DNA of 64,000 nt from an uncultured Bacteroides sp. (GCA_949292025.1 CASEYC010000097.1:24342-88341); one strand, 5' to 3'. Counted from the first letter of the stretch, positions 36,261 through 45,998 are shown. The notes: generated from the letters alone by a model not told the origin. Numbers and translations are program-made.

Positions 36261-38005
36261 TCTTCTTTCCTCATCTCCTTCTCCAGCTTCCTGATCTTCG
36301 TCCAAGCCTCCTTGAACTTCGGGCACAACGCCACGGCCTTCTCATAATTCCGCATCGCCGCGTCCTTCATCCCCACGCGGAGGCATTCGTCGCCCATCTG
36401 AATGTACTCGCGGGCATATTTCACCAGGCTTTTCTCTTTCTCCACGGCCTCTTGCCGGAGGCGCATGTTGTCCTCGCGCAGGCGGTTGATGACGCTCAGC
36501 TTGCGGCGGATGAGGCGTTGGGCGGCGGGCCGCTCGATGTCGTAGCGCGAGTGGATGGCACGGAAGAACTCCGCCAGGAAGGTGTCGAAATCCCCCTTGT
36601 CGAATGCGCGGGACGCCGCGGCGTAACGGATGTCCGCCTCTGCCTCCTTCAGAGCGCGGTCGATGGCCTGCGGGTTATTGAAGCGGCGGGCGAACTGCGT
36701 GATTTCCGGACGCACGAAGACATCGCTCCGCCGGATGGGCTGGCGCAGTTGCAGGCCTTCCAAGGAAGTGCAGCGGCTCAGGGCCACGTAGGTCTGCCCG
36801 CCCGCGAAGGCCCCGCCCGTCAGGTCCACCACGGCGCGGCTGAAGGTCAGGCCCTGGCTCTTGTGGATGGTGATGGCCCACGCCAGCCGCACGGGGAACT
36901 GGGTGAACGTGCCCAGCACCTCCTCTTCAATCTCCTTTTTCTCTTCGTTGTACTTGTAGCGGATGTTGCGCCACGACTCCGGGCGCACGTCGCACTCGTG
37001 GCCGTCGTCGGTGATGACGTAGAGCGCGTCCTCGCCCTCGTCGAAGCCGCCGACCACGCCGATGGTGCCGTTCACCCAGCGGCGTTCCGGGTCGTTCTTG
37101 ACGAAGATGACCTGTGCACCGGGCTTCAGTTCGAGGTCGCGCGTGGTGGGCAGGCTGCTTTCGGGGAAGTCGCCCTCCACCTTGCCCCGGAAGACCACCG
37201 GGTCGCCTGGCAGTTCGTCCAGCTTGCGCTCGTTGATGTAGTCCACGGTGTCGCGCCGCGTGGCCAGGGTGATGTACATGTCCGCCTCCGAGTCCTCTAT
37301 CTGTGTGCCGCAGCGGGCGTTGAGCACTTGCAGGTCGGCATCGCCCAAGGTGGCGTTGCGGATGTGGTCCAGCACGGAGACAAACGCCGGGTCGCTCTGG
37401 CGGTAGACCTTCTGCAACTCGATGGACACCAGGTCAATCTGGCTGAACACCCGCGCCGAGAAGAAGAACGGGCTGGGGTAGAAGCGGTTCAGAATCTCCC
37501 GCTCGTCGCCCTTCACCACCGGCTCCAGCTGGTAGACGTCGCCCACCAGCAGCAGTTGCTTGCCGCCGAAGGGCTGGCGCAGGTTGTGCGAGTAGACCCG
37601 CAAGATGCGGTCCACGGCGTCGATGATGTCCGCCCGCACCATCGAAATCTCGTCGATGATAATCAGCTCCAGTTCCTCCAGCAGCTTGCGGTGCTGCTTG
37701 GTGTAGCGCAGGAACTGGTGGATGCGCCCGCGTTGCAGGCTCAGGTTGGGGTCGTCCGGCAGCAGCGGGTGGAAGGGCAGGCGGAAGAAGCTGTGCAGCG
37801 TGCTGCCCCCGGCGTTGATGGCGGCGATGCCCGTGGGCGCCAGGACCACGTGCTTCTTCCGGACGTTGTCGCAGATGTAGCGCAGGAAGGTCGATTTGCC
37901 CGTGCCCGCCTTGCCCGTCAGGAAGAGCGACTGGCGGGTATATTTGATGAGCTCCAACGCCTTGCGGAACTCCCGGTTGCTGGTGTCGGGCTGGAAGGAG
38001 GTCAT
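36257..38005 (-). CDS. PIF1/RecD-like SF1 DNA helicase with C-terminal TPR-like tail
   Basis: Walker A LTGKAGTGKST. Walker B LIIIDEISMV. ITIHKSQGLTF. The ATG at 38005 overlaps the upstream stop as ATGA. Confidence 0.8.
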   Translation of the reverse strand: MTSFQPDTSNREFRKALELIKYTRQSLFLTGKAGTGKSTFLRYICDNVRKKHVVLAPTGIAAINAGGSTLHSFFRLPFHPLLPDDPNLSLQRGRIHQFLRYTKQHRKLLEELELIIIDEISMVRADIIDAVDRILRVYSHNLRQPFGGKQLLLVGDVYQLEPVVKGDEREILNRFYPSPFFFSARVFSQIDLVSIELQKVYRQSDPAFVSVLDHIRNATLGDADLQVLNARCGTQIEDSEADMYITLATRRDTVDYINERKLDELPGDPVVFRGKVEGDFPESSLPTTRDLELKPGAQVIFVKNDPERRWVNGTIGVVGGFDEGEDALYVITDDGHECDVRPESWRNIRYKYNEEKKEIEEEVLGTFTQFPVRLAWAITIHKSQGLTFSRAVVDLTGGAFAGGQTYVALSRCTSLEGLQLRQPIRRSDVFVRPEITQFARRFNNPQAIDRALKEAEADIRYAAASRAFDKGDFDTFLAEFFRAIHSRYDIERPAAQRLIRRKLSVINRLREDNMRLRQEAVEKEKSLVKYAREYIQMGDECLRVGMKDAAMRNYEKAVALCPKFKEAWTKIRKLEKEMRKED

Positions 38006-38793
38006 ACGAGGCCGAAGTGTTGCAGGGCCTTGGCGATGCCGTCCCGGTCCACTGTGTCCGTCACATAGTCCGCCGCCGCCTTCACCGTGTCGTTGGCGTT
38101 GCCCATGGCGATGCCGATGCCCGCGTGGCGCAGCATGGGGATATCGTTGCCCCCGTCTCCGATGGCCATCGTGTCCGTCACGTCGATGCCGAAGTGGCGG
38201 CACATCAGGTCGATACCCAACTGCTTGTTGCAGCCTAGGGCGCTGACATCCACGAAGGCGGGATGCCAGCGGCCGATTTCGCAGCCGGGCAGCAGCGGGC
38301 GGATTTCCCGTTCCTGCTCCTCGTCGAAGAAGGGGGACAGTTGGCACACGTCCGGGATGCGCCGCAGGGCTTCGGCCGGGGTCACGGCGGGCACCTCCTT
38401 GGCATGCAGGTATTCCACGAATATCCGTTTCAGGGCCTCGCTGGGGTAGCAGGCGCAAATGTGATGCTCGTCTACCACGGTGCAGGTGATATGCTTCGCC
38501 TCGCAGTAGTCCAGGATGGCCTTTACCTCCGCGGCGGGAATCACCTGTTTATGGATGACCTCGCTGCCCACGTAGCAGTAGCCGCCATTCATCGTGACAT
38601 AGCCGTCTATCAGCCCGCGGCTTTGCAGGTCGCCCAGGTTGTTGATGAAGCCGGGGGCGCGTCCCGTGGCGATGAACATCTTGATGCCCCGGGCGTGTGC
38701 GGCGGCAATGGCCTCGACGGTGGAGGCGGGAATCCCGTGCGTCTCGAAACTGACCAAGGTGCCGTCTATGTCAAAGAAAATTGCTTTTGTCAT
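38002..38793 (-). CDS. Cof-type HAD-IIB phosphatase
   Basis: FFDIDGTLV motif I. ...GDGGNDIPMLRHAGIGIAMGNA motif IV. Confidence 0.85.
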   Translation of the reverse strand: MTKAIFFDIDGTLVSFETHGIPASTVEAIAAAHARGIKMFIATGRAPGFINNLGDLQSRGLIDGYVTMNGGYCYVGSEVIHKQVIPAAEVKAILDYCEAKHITCTVVDEHHICACYPSEALKRIFVEYLHAKEVPAVTPAEALRRIPDVCQLSPFFDEEQEREIRPLLPGCEIGRWHPAFVDVSALGCNKQLGIDLMCRHFGIDVTDTMAIGDGGNDIPMLRHAGIGIAMGNANDTVKAAADYVTDTVDRDGIAKALQHFGLV

Positions 38794-38863
38794 AATTTAT
38801 ATAGTTAAGTCTGAGGGGTTGAGATAGTCTTGTAAATGGTTGAATTGCAAAGGATTGTTTTGT

Positions 38864-38932
38864 GGTACCTGCGAGCGTGCTCCGCAGTACCGCCGAGCAT
38901 GCTCGCAGGTACCGCCGAACGCGCTTCGTGCA
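38864..38932. repeat. Tandem array, 22-bp period, 3 units (GTACC...GAGCRTGCTC family)
   Basis: gtacc at 38865, 38887 and 38909. Internal palindromes gagcgtgctc / gagcatgctc. Confidence 0.85.
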
Positions 38933-39004
38933 TCCACGGAGCAAAACCGCCGATGCCAGGCACGGTTTCCGCCTGCAAAAGTAAGAAAATCGGAGGAGAT
39001 TTCG

Positions 39005-39012
39005 TACTTTTG
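39005..39012 (+). promoter_or_regulatory. Bacteroidota -7 box TACTTTTG
   Basis: Exact match 37 nt upstream of the ATG at 39049. Confidence 0.45.
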
Positions 39013-39048
39013 CCGCCGTTATTGAATGATATGCTTGCAGTTTTTGAT

Positions 39049-40692
39049 ATGAAACAATGGCTTCTCTTGCTCTCCTTGTTTATGGTGGCCGCCTGTCGTC
39101 CCGGAGCGGACGACCTTGACTTGGTGCGCCGTGCCGATGCCCTGTGGCAGACCGACATGGACAGTGCCGTCGCCCTGCTGGCCCGGGTGGAGCGGCCCGA
39201 ACTGCTGCCCCGCCGTGAGTTGCTGCATTATGGCTGGCTGACGGCTTGCCGGCATTATGAGGACAATGCCTCCCTGTCCGAGGACTCCCTGGTCCTCCCC
39301 GCCTTCGACTATTTCACGGCGCAAGGCGACACCGCCCGCCTCCTGACTTCCTACCTGCTGAAGGCCGCCTATCTGCACGCCCACGGCCGCCACGATGAGG
39401 AACAGGCCGTGCTGGACAGCGGCAATGTCCGTGCCCTGTCGGTGGGCGACCGCCGATGGGCAGGCGATTTCCTGGCGGAGAAGGGCGAGTGCTACGTCTA
39501 TGCCTACAAGGATTACCGCCGTGCCGCCGATGCTTATCGCCGTGCCCTGTCCCTGCGGGAGACGGCCGACAATCACTTCTCGTTGGGTATCACGTTGGGA
39601 TTGCTGAAGGAAGATTCTGCCACGTGGCACACCAACCGCAGCGTCACCTTGGCCCTGCAACGCGGCGATTCCGCCCGCGCCCTCCACTACTTGCGCAACC
39701 ACGCCCAGTTGCTGGTTTACGTCGCGCCCGACTATCGTGCGGCCATCGCCCTGTTTCACCGTCTGATGCGCCTGACGGACAATCCGGAGGTGTTGGACAT
39801 TTCCTGTACCACGATGAGCGAATGCTTCCTCAAGCTGGGGCAACTGGACTCGGCCCAATACTATTTGGATAAAGGCCGGGAATATCTTCGCCGCCGCCGT
39901 GACAAATTTGTTACCGCCGAGAACCAAGTTGGCTACCTGCAAGGCGTGCTGGACTATACCCGTACGGGCACCTTCGACTACCTCGACCTGATGCGCTACA
40001 ACGACTCGGTGGGCAACGCCCTCTATGCCCACCGCAGTGCCGTCCGCCAGAAGGACCGCGCCCGCAACGAATTGTCCGAAGCCAACCTGCGCCTCTTGGT
40101 GGACCGCCAGCGGATGCAGCTCTGGCTGCTGGGCGCGTTGCTGTTGCTGTTGCTCGCCGGGGGAGGGGGAGTCTGGCTTTTCCGCCGCCGCCGCAACCGC
40201 CTGATTGAGGCCGAGGAGCGCATCGAGACCCTCGACCGCCTGCTGGCCGAAGCCACCGTCGCCACGCCGTCCGCCCCTGCCGCGCCCGAGGGGGACGACC
40301 GCCTGTTCCGCCGCATCCTCTTGCAGCAGTTGGGGCTGATACGCCTCGTGGCCGGACAGCCCACGGCGCAAAACCAGGAACTGCTGCGCCGCGTCTCCAC
40401 CCTGCCGCATCCGAACGAGGCAGTGGAGGGGCTACTGGTGTGGGACGACCTCTATCCCGTCATCGACCGTGTGTACGACGGCTTCTACTCCCATCTGCAC
40501 GCCCGCTTCGGCTCCCTGCTGACGGACAAGGAGGAGCAACTCTGCTGCCTGCTCCGCGCCGACTTCACGACCAAGGAAATCAGCGTCCTCACCGGGCAGA
40601 GCATCCCCACCATCTACCAGCGAAAGACCACCATCCGCAAGAAGCTGGGAATGGACGAGAAGGGGGACATCGTGGCGTTTGTGCGGGAGTGA
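39049..40692 (+). CDS. Membrane-tethered regulator: lipoprotein signal + TPR + single TM + C-terminal LuxR-type HTH
   Basis: Lipobox LSLFMVAAC. TPR-like region. TM LWLLGALLLLLLAGGGGVWLF followed by RRRRNR. C-terminal FTTKEISVLTGQSIPTIYQRKTTIRKKLG. Confidence 0.7.
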   Translation: MKQWLLLLSLFMVAACRPGADDLDLVRRADALWQTDMDSAVALLARVERPELLPRRELLHYGWLTACRHYEDNASLSEDSLVLPAFDYFTAQGDTARLLTSYLLKAAYLHAHGRHDEEQAVLDSGNVRALSVGDRRWAGDFLAEKGECYVYAYKDYRRAADAYRRALSLRETADNHFSLGITLGLLKEDSATWHTNRSVTLALQRGDSARALHYLRNHAQLLVYVAPDYRAAIALFHRLMRLTDNPEVLDISCTTMSECFLKLGQLDSAQYYLDKGREYLRRRRDKFVTAENQVGYLQGVLDYTRTGTFDYLDLMRYNDSVGNALYAHRSAVRQKDRARNELSEANLRLLVDRQRMQLWLLGALLLLLLAGGGGVWLFRRRRNRLIEAEERIETLDRLLAEATVATPSAPAAPEGDDRLFRRILLQQLGLIRLVAGQPTAQNQELLRRVSTLPHPNEAVEGLLVWDDLYPVIDRVYDGFYSHLHARFGSLLTDKEEQLCCLLRADFTTKEISVLTGQSIPTIYQRKTTIRKKLGMDEKGDIVAFVRE

Positions 40693-40717
40693 TATGGGGG
40701 ACTGGAAACGGGATTTA

Positions 40718-40836
40718 TATTTAGGCGCGGATTACGCGGATTTCACGGATATATATTTATGATTGGTAAGAACAATGGCATTCCTGATTCAATGGTAAGA
40801 TTAATCCGTGAAATCCGCGTAATCCGCGCCTAAATA
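40718..40836. repeat. 119-bp element with 33-bp perfect terminal inverted repeats (AGGCGCGGATTACGCGGATTTCACGGAT family)
   Basis: 40721..40750 is the exact reverse complement of 40804..40833, and the match extends 3 more bp on each side. 53-bp unrelated spacer. Begins 26 nt after a stop codon. Confidence 0.95.
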
Positions 40837-40987
40837 ATCCGAAAAACTCCTTTGAGGCCGGATATAACCCCGGAAACACGCAATATAGAGTCCGAAACCA
40901 CTACCGCGCTGATTATCAGCAACCCCTCCTCTCCTACTATAGACTTTTTAGTTCCCGATATAGAGCGTTTGAGACGCTTCCTGCCCG

Positions 40988-40995
40988 TAACTTTG
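40988..40995 (+). promoter_or_regulatory. Bacteroidota -7 box TAACTTTG
   Basis: Exact match 26 nt upstream of the ATG at 41021. Confidence 0.45.
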
Positions 40996-41020
40996 CAGCA
41001 GAAAATCAAACTGAAAAGCT

Positions 41021-43354
41021 ATGGATATGAAACGAACCCTCTGCCTCCTGGCGGCTCTCTTCCTGCTGACGGGCGCCTTTGCACAAACCGCCCTCACGGG
41101 CCGGATTGTGGACGAGAACCAACAACCCTTGCCGTACGCCAACATCGTGCTGCTCTCCCTGCCGGACTCCTCCTTTGTGACGGGCAGCGTCAGCGCGGAT
41201 GACGGTACGTTTCGGCTGAACGCCGTATGTGATAACCGCCTTATCCGTGTTTCCTCCATCGGTTATGGGACATTATATAAAAGGTGTGCGGGGCAAGACC
41301 TCGGCACACTGCAACTGCAGCCCGACGCGCAACTGCTGGGCGAAGTGGTGGTGAAGGCCGACCTGCCCAAGATGCGGGTGAAGGGCGATGCCATCGTCAC
41401 CACCGTGCAAGGCAGCATCCTGGAGCAGGCCGGCACGGGCAACGACCTGCTGGACAAAATCCCCGGTCTCTCCGCCGAAGAGGGCAGCGTGAACGTCTTC
41501 GGCAGCGGGCAGGCCGAGGTCTACATCAACGGGCGCAAGATGCGCAACGCCTCGGAGCTGGACCAATTGTCCTCGGACAACGTGAAGAGCGTGGAGGTGG
41601 TGCGCAATCCCGGTGCACGGTATGATGCCGCCGTGCAGGCCGTGGTGCGCATCTACACCAAGAAGCCGCAGGGCGAGGGCTTCGGCGTCAATGAGCGTTT
41701 CAGCACCAACTACCGCTACGGCTGGAGCGTGCTGAACCAACTGAACTTGAACTACCGCAAGGGTGGCTTCGACCTCAACGCGATGCTCTACGCCTCGGAC
41801 AGCCACGGCGAAGACAACAAGGGCGTGGTGCAGGAGACTTTCCTCGACAAGACTTGGCGGCAGGAAAGTTATATCCGCAGCCGCAGCCACTCGCAAAACC
41901 TGGAGACCACCCTGATGCTGAACTACCAGTTCAACGACCGCCACTCCCTGGGCGCCTACTACGACTATGACCGCACGCCCAAGAACCTTTGGGACATCCC
42001 GCCCCTGCCCACGTCCGTCTATCTGGACAATGAACTCCACGAGACCAGCACGAGCAGCGGTTGGGAAGACCGCACCAGCTACACCCACTCCGCCAACCTC
42101 TATTACAATGGCCGCCTGGGCGACTGGACCCTCGACTTCAATGCCGACGGCCTGTGGTCGGCCTCCAAGACCCCGCAGGATATGGTGGAGCAGGTGACGC
42201 CCGCCGGCGAATCTGTCCCGCAGGAGCAGACCGTCACCAACCGCACGCTGATGGAGAGCCGCCTCTATGCCGCTAAGCTCGTGGCGGAGCATCCCTTGTG
42301 GGGCGGCAATCTTTCATTGGGCGGCGAATACACCTACACCAGCCGCCTGAACCGCTACACCAACGCCGAGGGCATCCTGGAGGACGATGACAGCGACATC
42401 AAGGAAAATGCCTGGTCCGCTTTCCTGGAGTACGGGCACAGCCTGGGCAACCTGCAGGCTCGGGTGGGCGTGCGCTACGAGCACCTGGTGTCCGACTACT
42501 ACGAGCAAGGCCGCCGGGTGGACGAACAGAGCCGCACGTATGACAACGTCTTCCCCTCCCTGTCCCTCTCTATGCCCGTGGGCGACGTGCAGTTGCAGCT
42601 GACTTACGCCGGCAGCATCAACCGCCCCGGCTACTGGATGCTGCGCAACAGCGTCACCTACATAAACCGCTATACCTACGAGAGCGGCAATCCCGCCCTG
42701 AAGCCCTCGCTGATGAACCGCCTCTCGCTGGACGCCGCCTGGAAATGGCTCTACCTGAACCTGGGCTACCGCCACGTGCGCGACGGCTTCCTCTACCACG
42801 GCGGCACGTACACGGACGAGAACCCCGCCATCAGCCTCCTGCAGTATGTCAACACCACCGATGCCGACTACCTCAACGCTTCGCTCACCCTGGCCCCCAC
42901 CATCGGCCCGTGGTCACCCCAGTTCACGGCGATGCTCTCCAAGCAGTGGTTCTATGTGGACACGCCCGACGGGCACAGGAACTTCGGCAACCCCGTCGCC
43001 TCCTTCGTGTGGGACAACCACTTCCGCCTGCCCCTCGGCTTCCGGCTGGACATCGACCTCAGTGCCACGACGCGCGGCCACCAGGAGAGCTTCCGCGTCC
43101 TCCGTCCCTCCTGGGGTATGGATGCCTCGCTCCACAAGGGCTTCCTGGACGACCGCCTCACCCTTCAGCTGCAGGCCACCGACCTCTTCAACTCCACCCA
43201 GGCGCCCCTGACCCTCTACAGCGGCAACCGCCTGATGACCGTCGACCAAGAGTCGCGCCGACGCATCCGCTTCACCCTGCGCTACAAGTTCAATGCCGCC
43301 AAGAGCAAGTACAAAGGTACGGGAGCGGGACAGGAGCAGCGCAGCCGAATGTAG
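41021..43354 (+). CDS. TonB-dependent-receptor-like outer-membrane beta-barrel protein
   Basis: Signal peptide ...LTGAFAQ. CarboxypepD_reg-like N-terminus (TGRIVDENQQPLPYANIVLL). Plug-like region and a long alternating beta-barrel. Confidence 0.75.
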   Translation: MDMKRTLCLLAALFLLTGAFAQTALTGRIVDENQQPLPYANIVLLSLPDSSFVTGSVSADDGTFRLNAVCDNRLIRVSSIGYGTLYKRCAGQDLGTLQLQPDAQLLGEVVVKADLPKMRVKGDAIVTTVQGSILEQAGTGNDLLDKIPGLSAEEGSVNVFGSGQAEVYINGRKMRNASELDQLSSDNVKSVEVVRNPGARYDAAVQAVVRIYTKKPQGEGFGVNERFSTNYRYGWSVLNQLNLNYRKGGFDLNAMLYASDSHGEDNKGVVQETFLDKTWRQESYIRSRSHSQNLETTLMLNYQFNDRHSLGAYYDYDRTPKNLWDIPPLPTSVYLDNELHETSTSSGWEDRTSYTHSANLYYNGRLGDWTLDFNADGLWSASKTPQDMVEQVTPAGESVPQEQTVTNRTLMESRLYAAKLVAEHPLWGGNLSLGGEYTYTSRLNRYTNAEGILEDDDSDIKENAWSAFLEYGHSLGNLQARVGVRYEHLVSDYYEQGRRVDEQSRTYDNVFPSLSLSMPVGDVQLQLTYAGSINRPGYWMLRNSVTYINRYTYESGNPALKPSLMNRLSLDAAWKWLYLNLGYRHVRDGFLYHGGTYTDENPAISLLQYVNTTDADYLNASLTLAPTIGPWSPQFTAMLSKQWFYVDTPDGHRNFGNPVASFVWDNHFRLPLGFRLDIDLSATTRGHQESFRVLRPSWGMDASLHKGFLDDRLTLQLQATDLFNSTQAPLTLYSGNRLMTVDQESRRRIRFTLRYKFNAAKSKYKGTGAGQEQRSRM

Positions 43355-43420
43355 GCCCCCAAGCCACCTTGACCGTGTCTCCTGCGTATGGAGGGACAGC
43401 CTTCCTTGGGACTTGAATAT

Positions 43421-43506
43421 AAAAAGGTGCCACCTTTTTCACAAAGAGGTGCCACCTTTTCCATAAAGAGGTGCCACCTTTTTTATAAAGGGGTGCCATC
43501 TTTTTA
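43421..43506. repeat. Four tandem palindromic units AAAGGTGCCACCTTT at exact 22-bp spacing
   Basis: ggtgcc at 43426, 43448, 43470 and 43492. Each unit is A-run + GGTG C CACC + T-run. Confidence 0.95.
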
Positions 43507-43650
43507 TGTCCGAGGTGCGGACGAGGCATCCTCTTGGTATCGGGAAGAACTGCCCTTCCCGCCGGGAAGGCTTGCCCTTGTCCGTATGTTGTGCAACATA
43601 TCCCTGCAAATTTGTCCCCTCTTCCCCTTGCGGATGTCCGTCCTTTGCCA

Positions 43651-43658
43651 TATCTTTG
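43651..43658 (+). promoter_or_regulatory. Bacteroidota -7 box TATCTTTG
   Basis: Exact match 36 nt upstream of the ATG at 43694. Confidence 0.45.
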
Positions 43659-43693
43659 TGCTATCAAAATGATATTACTCTAAACACTCGATT

Positions 43694-44659
43694 ATGGATA
43701 CAAAGGAATTTATTTTCAAGGGTTTCAAGATGAACGGCTTTCTGATGCTGTTCCTTCATCTGATTGTGTTCACGGCGGCCATCGTGGGCTGCTTCGTGCT
43801 GGGCGGCGTGCCCCTCTATGTGGCGGGCGGCGTGCTGATTCTTGTCTGGCTCATCCTCTGCGCGGGCTATATGGAGTTGGAGCCCAACGAGGCGCGGGCG
43901 ATGGTGTTCTTCGGCCAATACAAGGGCACGTTCAAGGAGACGGGCTTCTATTGGGTCAATCCTTTCTATGACAAGAAGAAACTCTCCCTCCGCGCCCGCA
44001 ACCTCGACGTGGAGCCCATCAAGGTGAACGACAAGGTGGGCAACCCCATCCTCATCGGCCTGGTGCTGGTGTGGAAGCTGCGGGACACGTACAAGGCGAT
44101 GTTCGAGATTGACGCGCAGACGATGGCTTCCGCCGCCGCCTCGACCCCGGGCAGCAAAGAGGCCACCATCTCCGTGGGCAATGCCGTGGCCAACCGTATG
44201 ACCGCCTTCGAGAACTTCGTGAAAATCCAGAGCGACGCCGCCCTGCGCCAAGTGGCCGGCCAATACGCCTACGATGACAACGAGGGCGAGGCGGGCGAAC
44301 TGACCCTCCGCTCGGGCGGCGAGGAAATCAACGAACAGCTGGAGCAGAAGCTGAACGAACGCCTCCTGATGGCCGGCCTGGAAGTGGTGGAGGCCCGCAT
44401 CAATTACCTGGCCTACGCGCCGGAGATTGCCGCCGTGATGTTGCGTCGCCAGCAGGCATCGGCCATCATCGGCGCCCGCGAGAAGATTGTGGAAGGCGCC
44501 GTGTCGATGGTACACATGGCGTTGGACAAGCTGAAGAAGGACAACGTCGTGGACCTGGACGAGGACAAGAAGGCGGCGATGGTGAGCAACCTCCTCGTGG
44601 TGCTCTGTGCCGACGAATCCGCCCAGCCCGTGTTGAATGCCGGAACCCTGAATCATTGA
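43694..44659 (+). CDS. SPFH/Band-7 domain membrane protein
   Basis: Two N-terminal hydrophobic helices, then an SPFH-like core and a C-terminal coiled region. The start could instead be the ATG at 43730. Confidence 0.6.
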   Translation: MDTKEFIFKGFKMNGFLMLFLHLIVFTAAIVGCFVLGGVPLYVAGGVLILVWLILCAGYMELEPNEARAMVFFGQYKGTFKETGFYWVNPFYDKKKLSLRARNLDVEPIKVNDKVGNPILIGLVLVWKLRDTYKAMFEIDAQTMASAAASTPGSKEATISVGNAVANRMTAFENFVKIQSDAALRQVAGQYAYDDNEGEAGELTLRSGGEEINEQLEQKLNERLLMAGLEVVEARINYLAYAPEIAAVMLRRQQASAIIGAREKIVEGAVSMVHMALDKLKKDNVVDLDEDKKAAMVSNLLVVLCADESAQPVLNAGTLNH

Positions 44660-45996
44660 TGCGTATGAGGAAGCTGACGTTTACCCTCTGCTTGTGCCTG
44701 CTCTGCCTCGGGCTTCGGGCACAGACTGCCGACCGCCTGCCGCTGGCCAAGTGTGCCTACCTTTATTTCGTGTCGGGGCAGGGCGAAAGCCTCCGTGCGA
44801 TGTTGAGCGACGAGATGCAGGCCGCCTTGCCCGCCGAGGCATTGGGCGGGATGTACCAGCAGTTGGTGATGCAGTTCGGCCCCTTGCAATCCACGGGCGA
44901 TTGGCACCAGGTGGAGGCCGAGGGGCTGGCCGTCTGCTTTTGCGACCTGGCTTTCGAGAAATATACCCTCCGCTTCCAGGCGGCTTTCGATGGGGACGGG
45001 CGCATCGCCGGCCTCTTTGTGAAACCCGCCCCGAAGCCTGCCGTGCAGAAGCCCGCCGTCTTCGACAGCCTGAAGATGGAGGAGCGCGACACGGTGGTCG
45101 TGTGCGACGGCTTCCGCCTGCCTGCCACGCTGACCTTGCCCCGCCGTGCGGTGGAGGAGGGTCGCCGGGTGCCCTGCGTGGTGCTGGTACACGGCTCCGG
45201 CCCGCAAGACCGCGACGAGACCATCGGCCCCAACCATCCCTTCCGCGACCTGGCTTGGGGACTGGCCGGGCGGGGCATCGCCACCCTCCGCTACGACAAG
45301 CGCACCTATGTATATAAAGGCAACAGCGTCCCCGAAGGCCGTCGGCTTGACCTCGACGTGGAGACCGCGGACGATGCCGTGGCCGCCGTGGCTTTGGCGC
45401 AATCCTTGCCCGGGGTGGATGCGGACAGCGTCTACCTGCTGGGGCACAGCCAAGGCGGAATGTTGGCACCGCGCATCGCCGCACGGGCATCCCGCTTGGC
45501 AGGCGTCATCCTGCTGGCCGCGCCCGCCCGTCCGCTGGAAGACCTGCTGCTGGAGCAAGTGACTTACCTGAACAGCCTCGCCCCCTCGGAGAAAGGCCGC
45601 CGGCAAGTGGCCGACCTGCAACGGCGCGTGGAGAATGTGAAGCGGCTGGGCACGTCCGCCTTCTGCGACACCATCCCCTTCCCGTTCGACGCGCCGCGCT
45701 CCTATTGGGCCGACATCATCGCCTGCCGCCCCGTGGAGGACGCCGCCCGCCTGACGCTTCCCCTGCTGGTGCTCCAGGCCGAACGCGATTACCAGGTGAC
45801 GATGCAGGATTTCGCCCTGTGGCGCGCGGCCCTCTTGAAGCGTCGCAACGCCTCGTTCAAGTCCTATCCCAAGCTGAACCACCTCTTGCAGGAAGGCACG
45901 GGCAAGGCCACGCCCGACGAATACCAGCAACCTTCGTCCGTCCCCGCCTACGTGCTGGACGACCTGGCCCGCTTTGTCCGCACCGGCCAACTATAG
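44659..45996 (+). CDS. Secreted alpha/beta hydrolase (N-terminal DUF3887-like domain)
   Basis: Signal peptide ...LCLGLRAQ. Nucleophile elbow LLGHSQGG. TGATG overlap with the previous gene. Confidence 0.7.
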   Translation: MRMRKLTFTLCLCLLCLGLRAQTADRLPLAKCAYLYFVSGQGESLRAMLSDEMQAALPAEALGGMYQQLVMQFGPLQSTGDWHQVEAEGLAVCFCDLAFEKYTLRFQAAFDGDGRIAGLFVKPAPKPAVQKPAVFDSLKMEERDTVVVCDGFRLPATLTLPRRAVEEGRRVPCVVLVHGSGPQDRDETIGPNHPFRDLAWGLAGRGIATLRYDKRTYVYKGNSVPEGRRLDLDVETADDAVAAVALAQSLPGVDADSVYLLGHSQGGMLAPRIAARASRLAGVILLAAPARPLEDLLLEQVTYLNSLAPSEKGRRQVADLQRRVENVKRLGTSAFCDTIPFPFDAPRSYWADIIACRPVEDAARLTLPLLVLQAERDYQVTMQDFALWRAALLKRRNASFKSYPKLNHLLQEGTGKATPDEYQQPSSVPAYVLDDLARFVRTGQL

Positions 45997-45998
45997 TG

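Noticed and set aside
36452-38068. 538-aa plus-strand ORF antisense to the helicase gene
   Set aside because: It is a shadow ORF. The helicase frame has Walker A/B and SF1 motifs.
38005-38458. N-terminal extension of the helicase ORF (36257..38458 in the track)
   Set aside because: The extension lies inside the HAD phosphatase gene in another frame and is Arg/Gly/Pro-rich. The ATG at 38005 forms an ATGA overlap with the HAD stop and is followed immediately by helicase sequence.
38836-39048. Upstream extension of the second TPR-HTH regulator ORF
   Set aside because: The extension translates the 22-bp repeat array and runs through the TACTTTTG -7 box. The ATG at 39049 gives a clean lipoprotein signal peptide.
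40718-40836. Inverted-repeat elements considered as integron attC sites or classical MITEs
   Set aside because: They show no GTTRRRY/RYYYAAC core sites, and no integrase is in the window. Clear target-site duplications could not be established by eye, and the centres of the two long copies are unrelated. They are kept only as a repeat family of unknown mobility.
40837-41020. Possible riboswitch upstream of the outer-membrane receptor
   Set aside because: The -7 box at 40988 leaves only a leader of about 20 nt. The longer upstream region lies before the predicted promoter and shows no recognisable riboswitch core.
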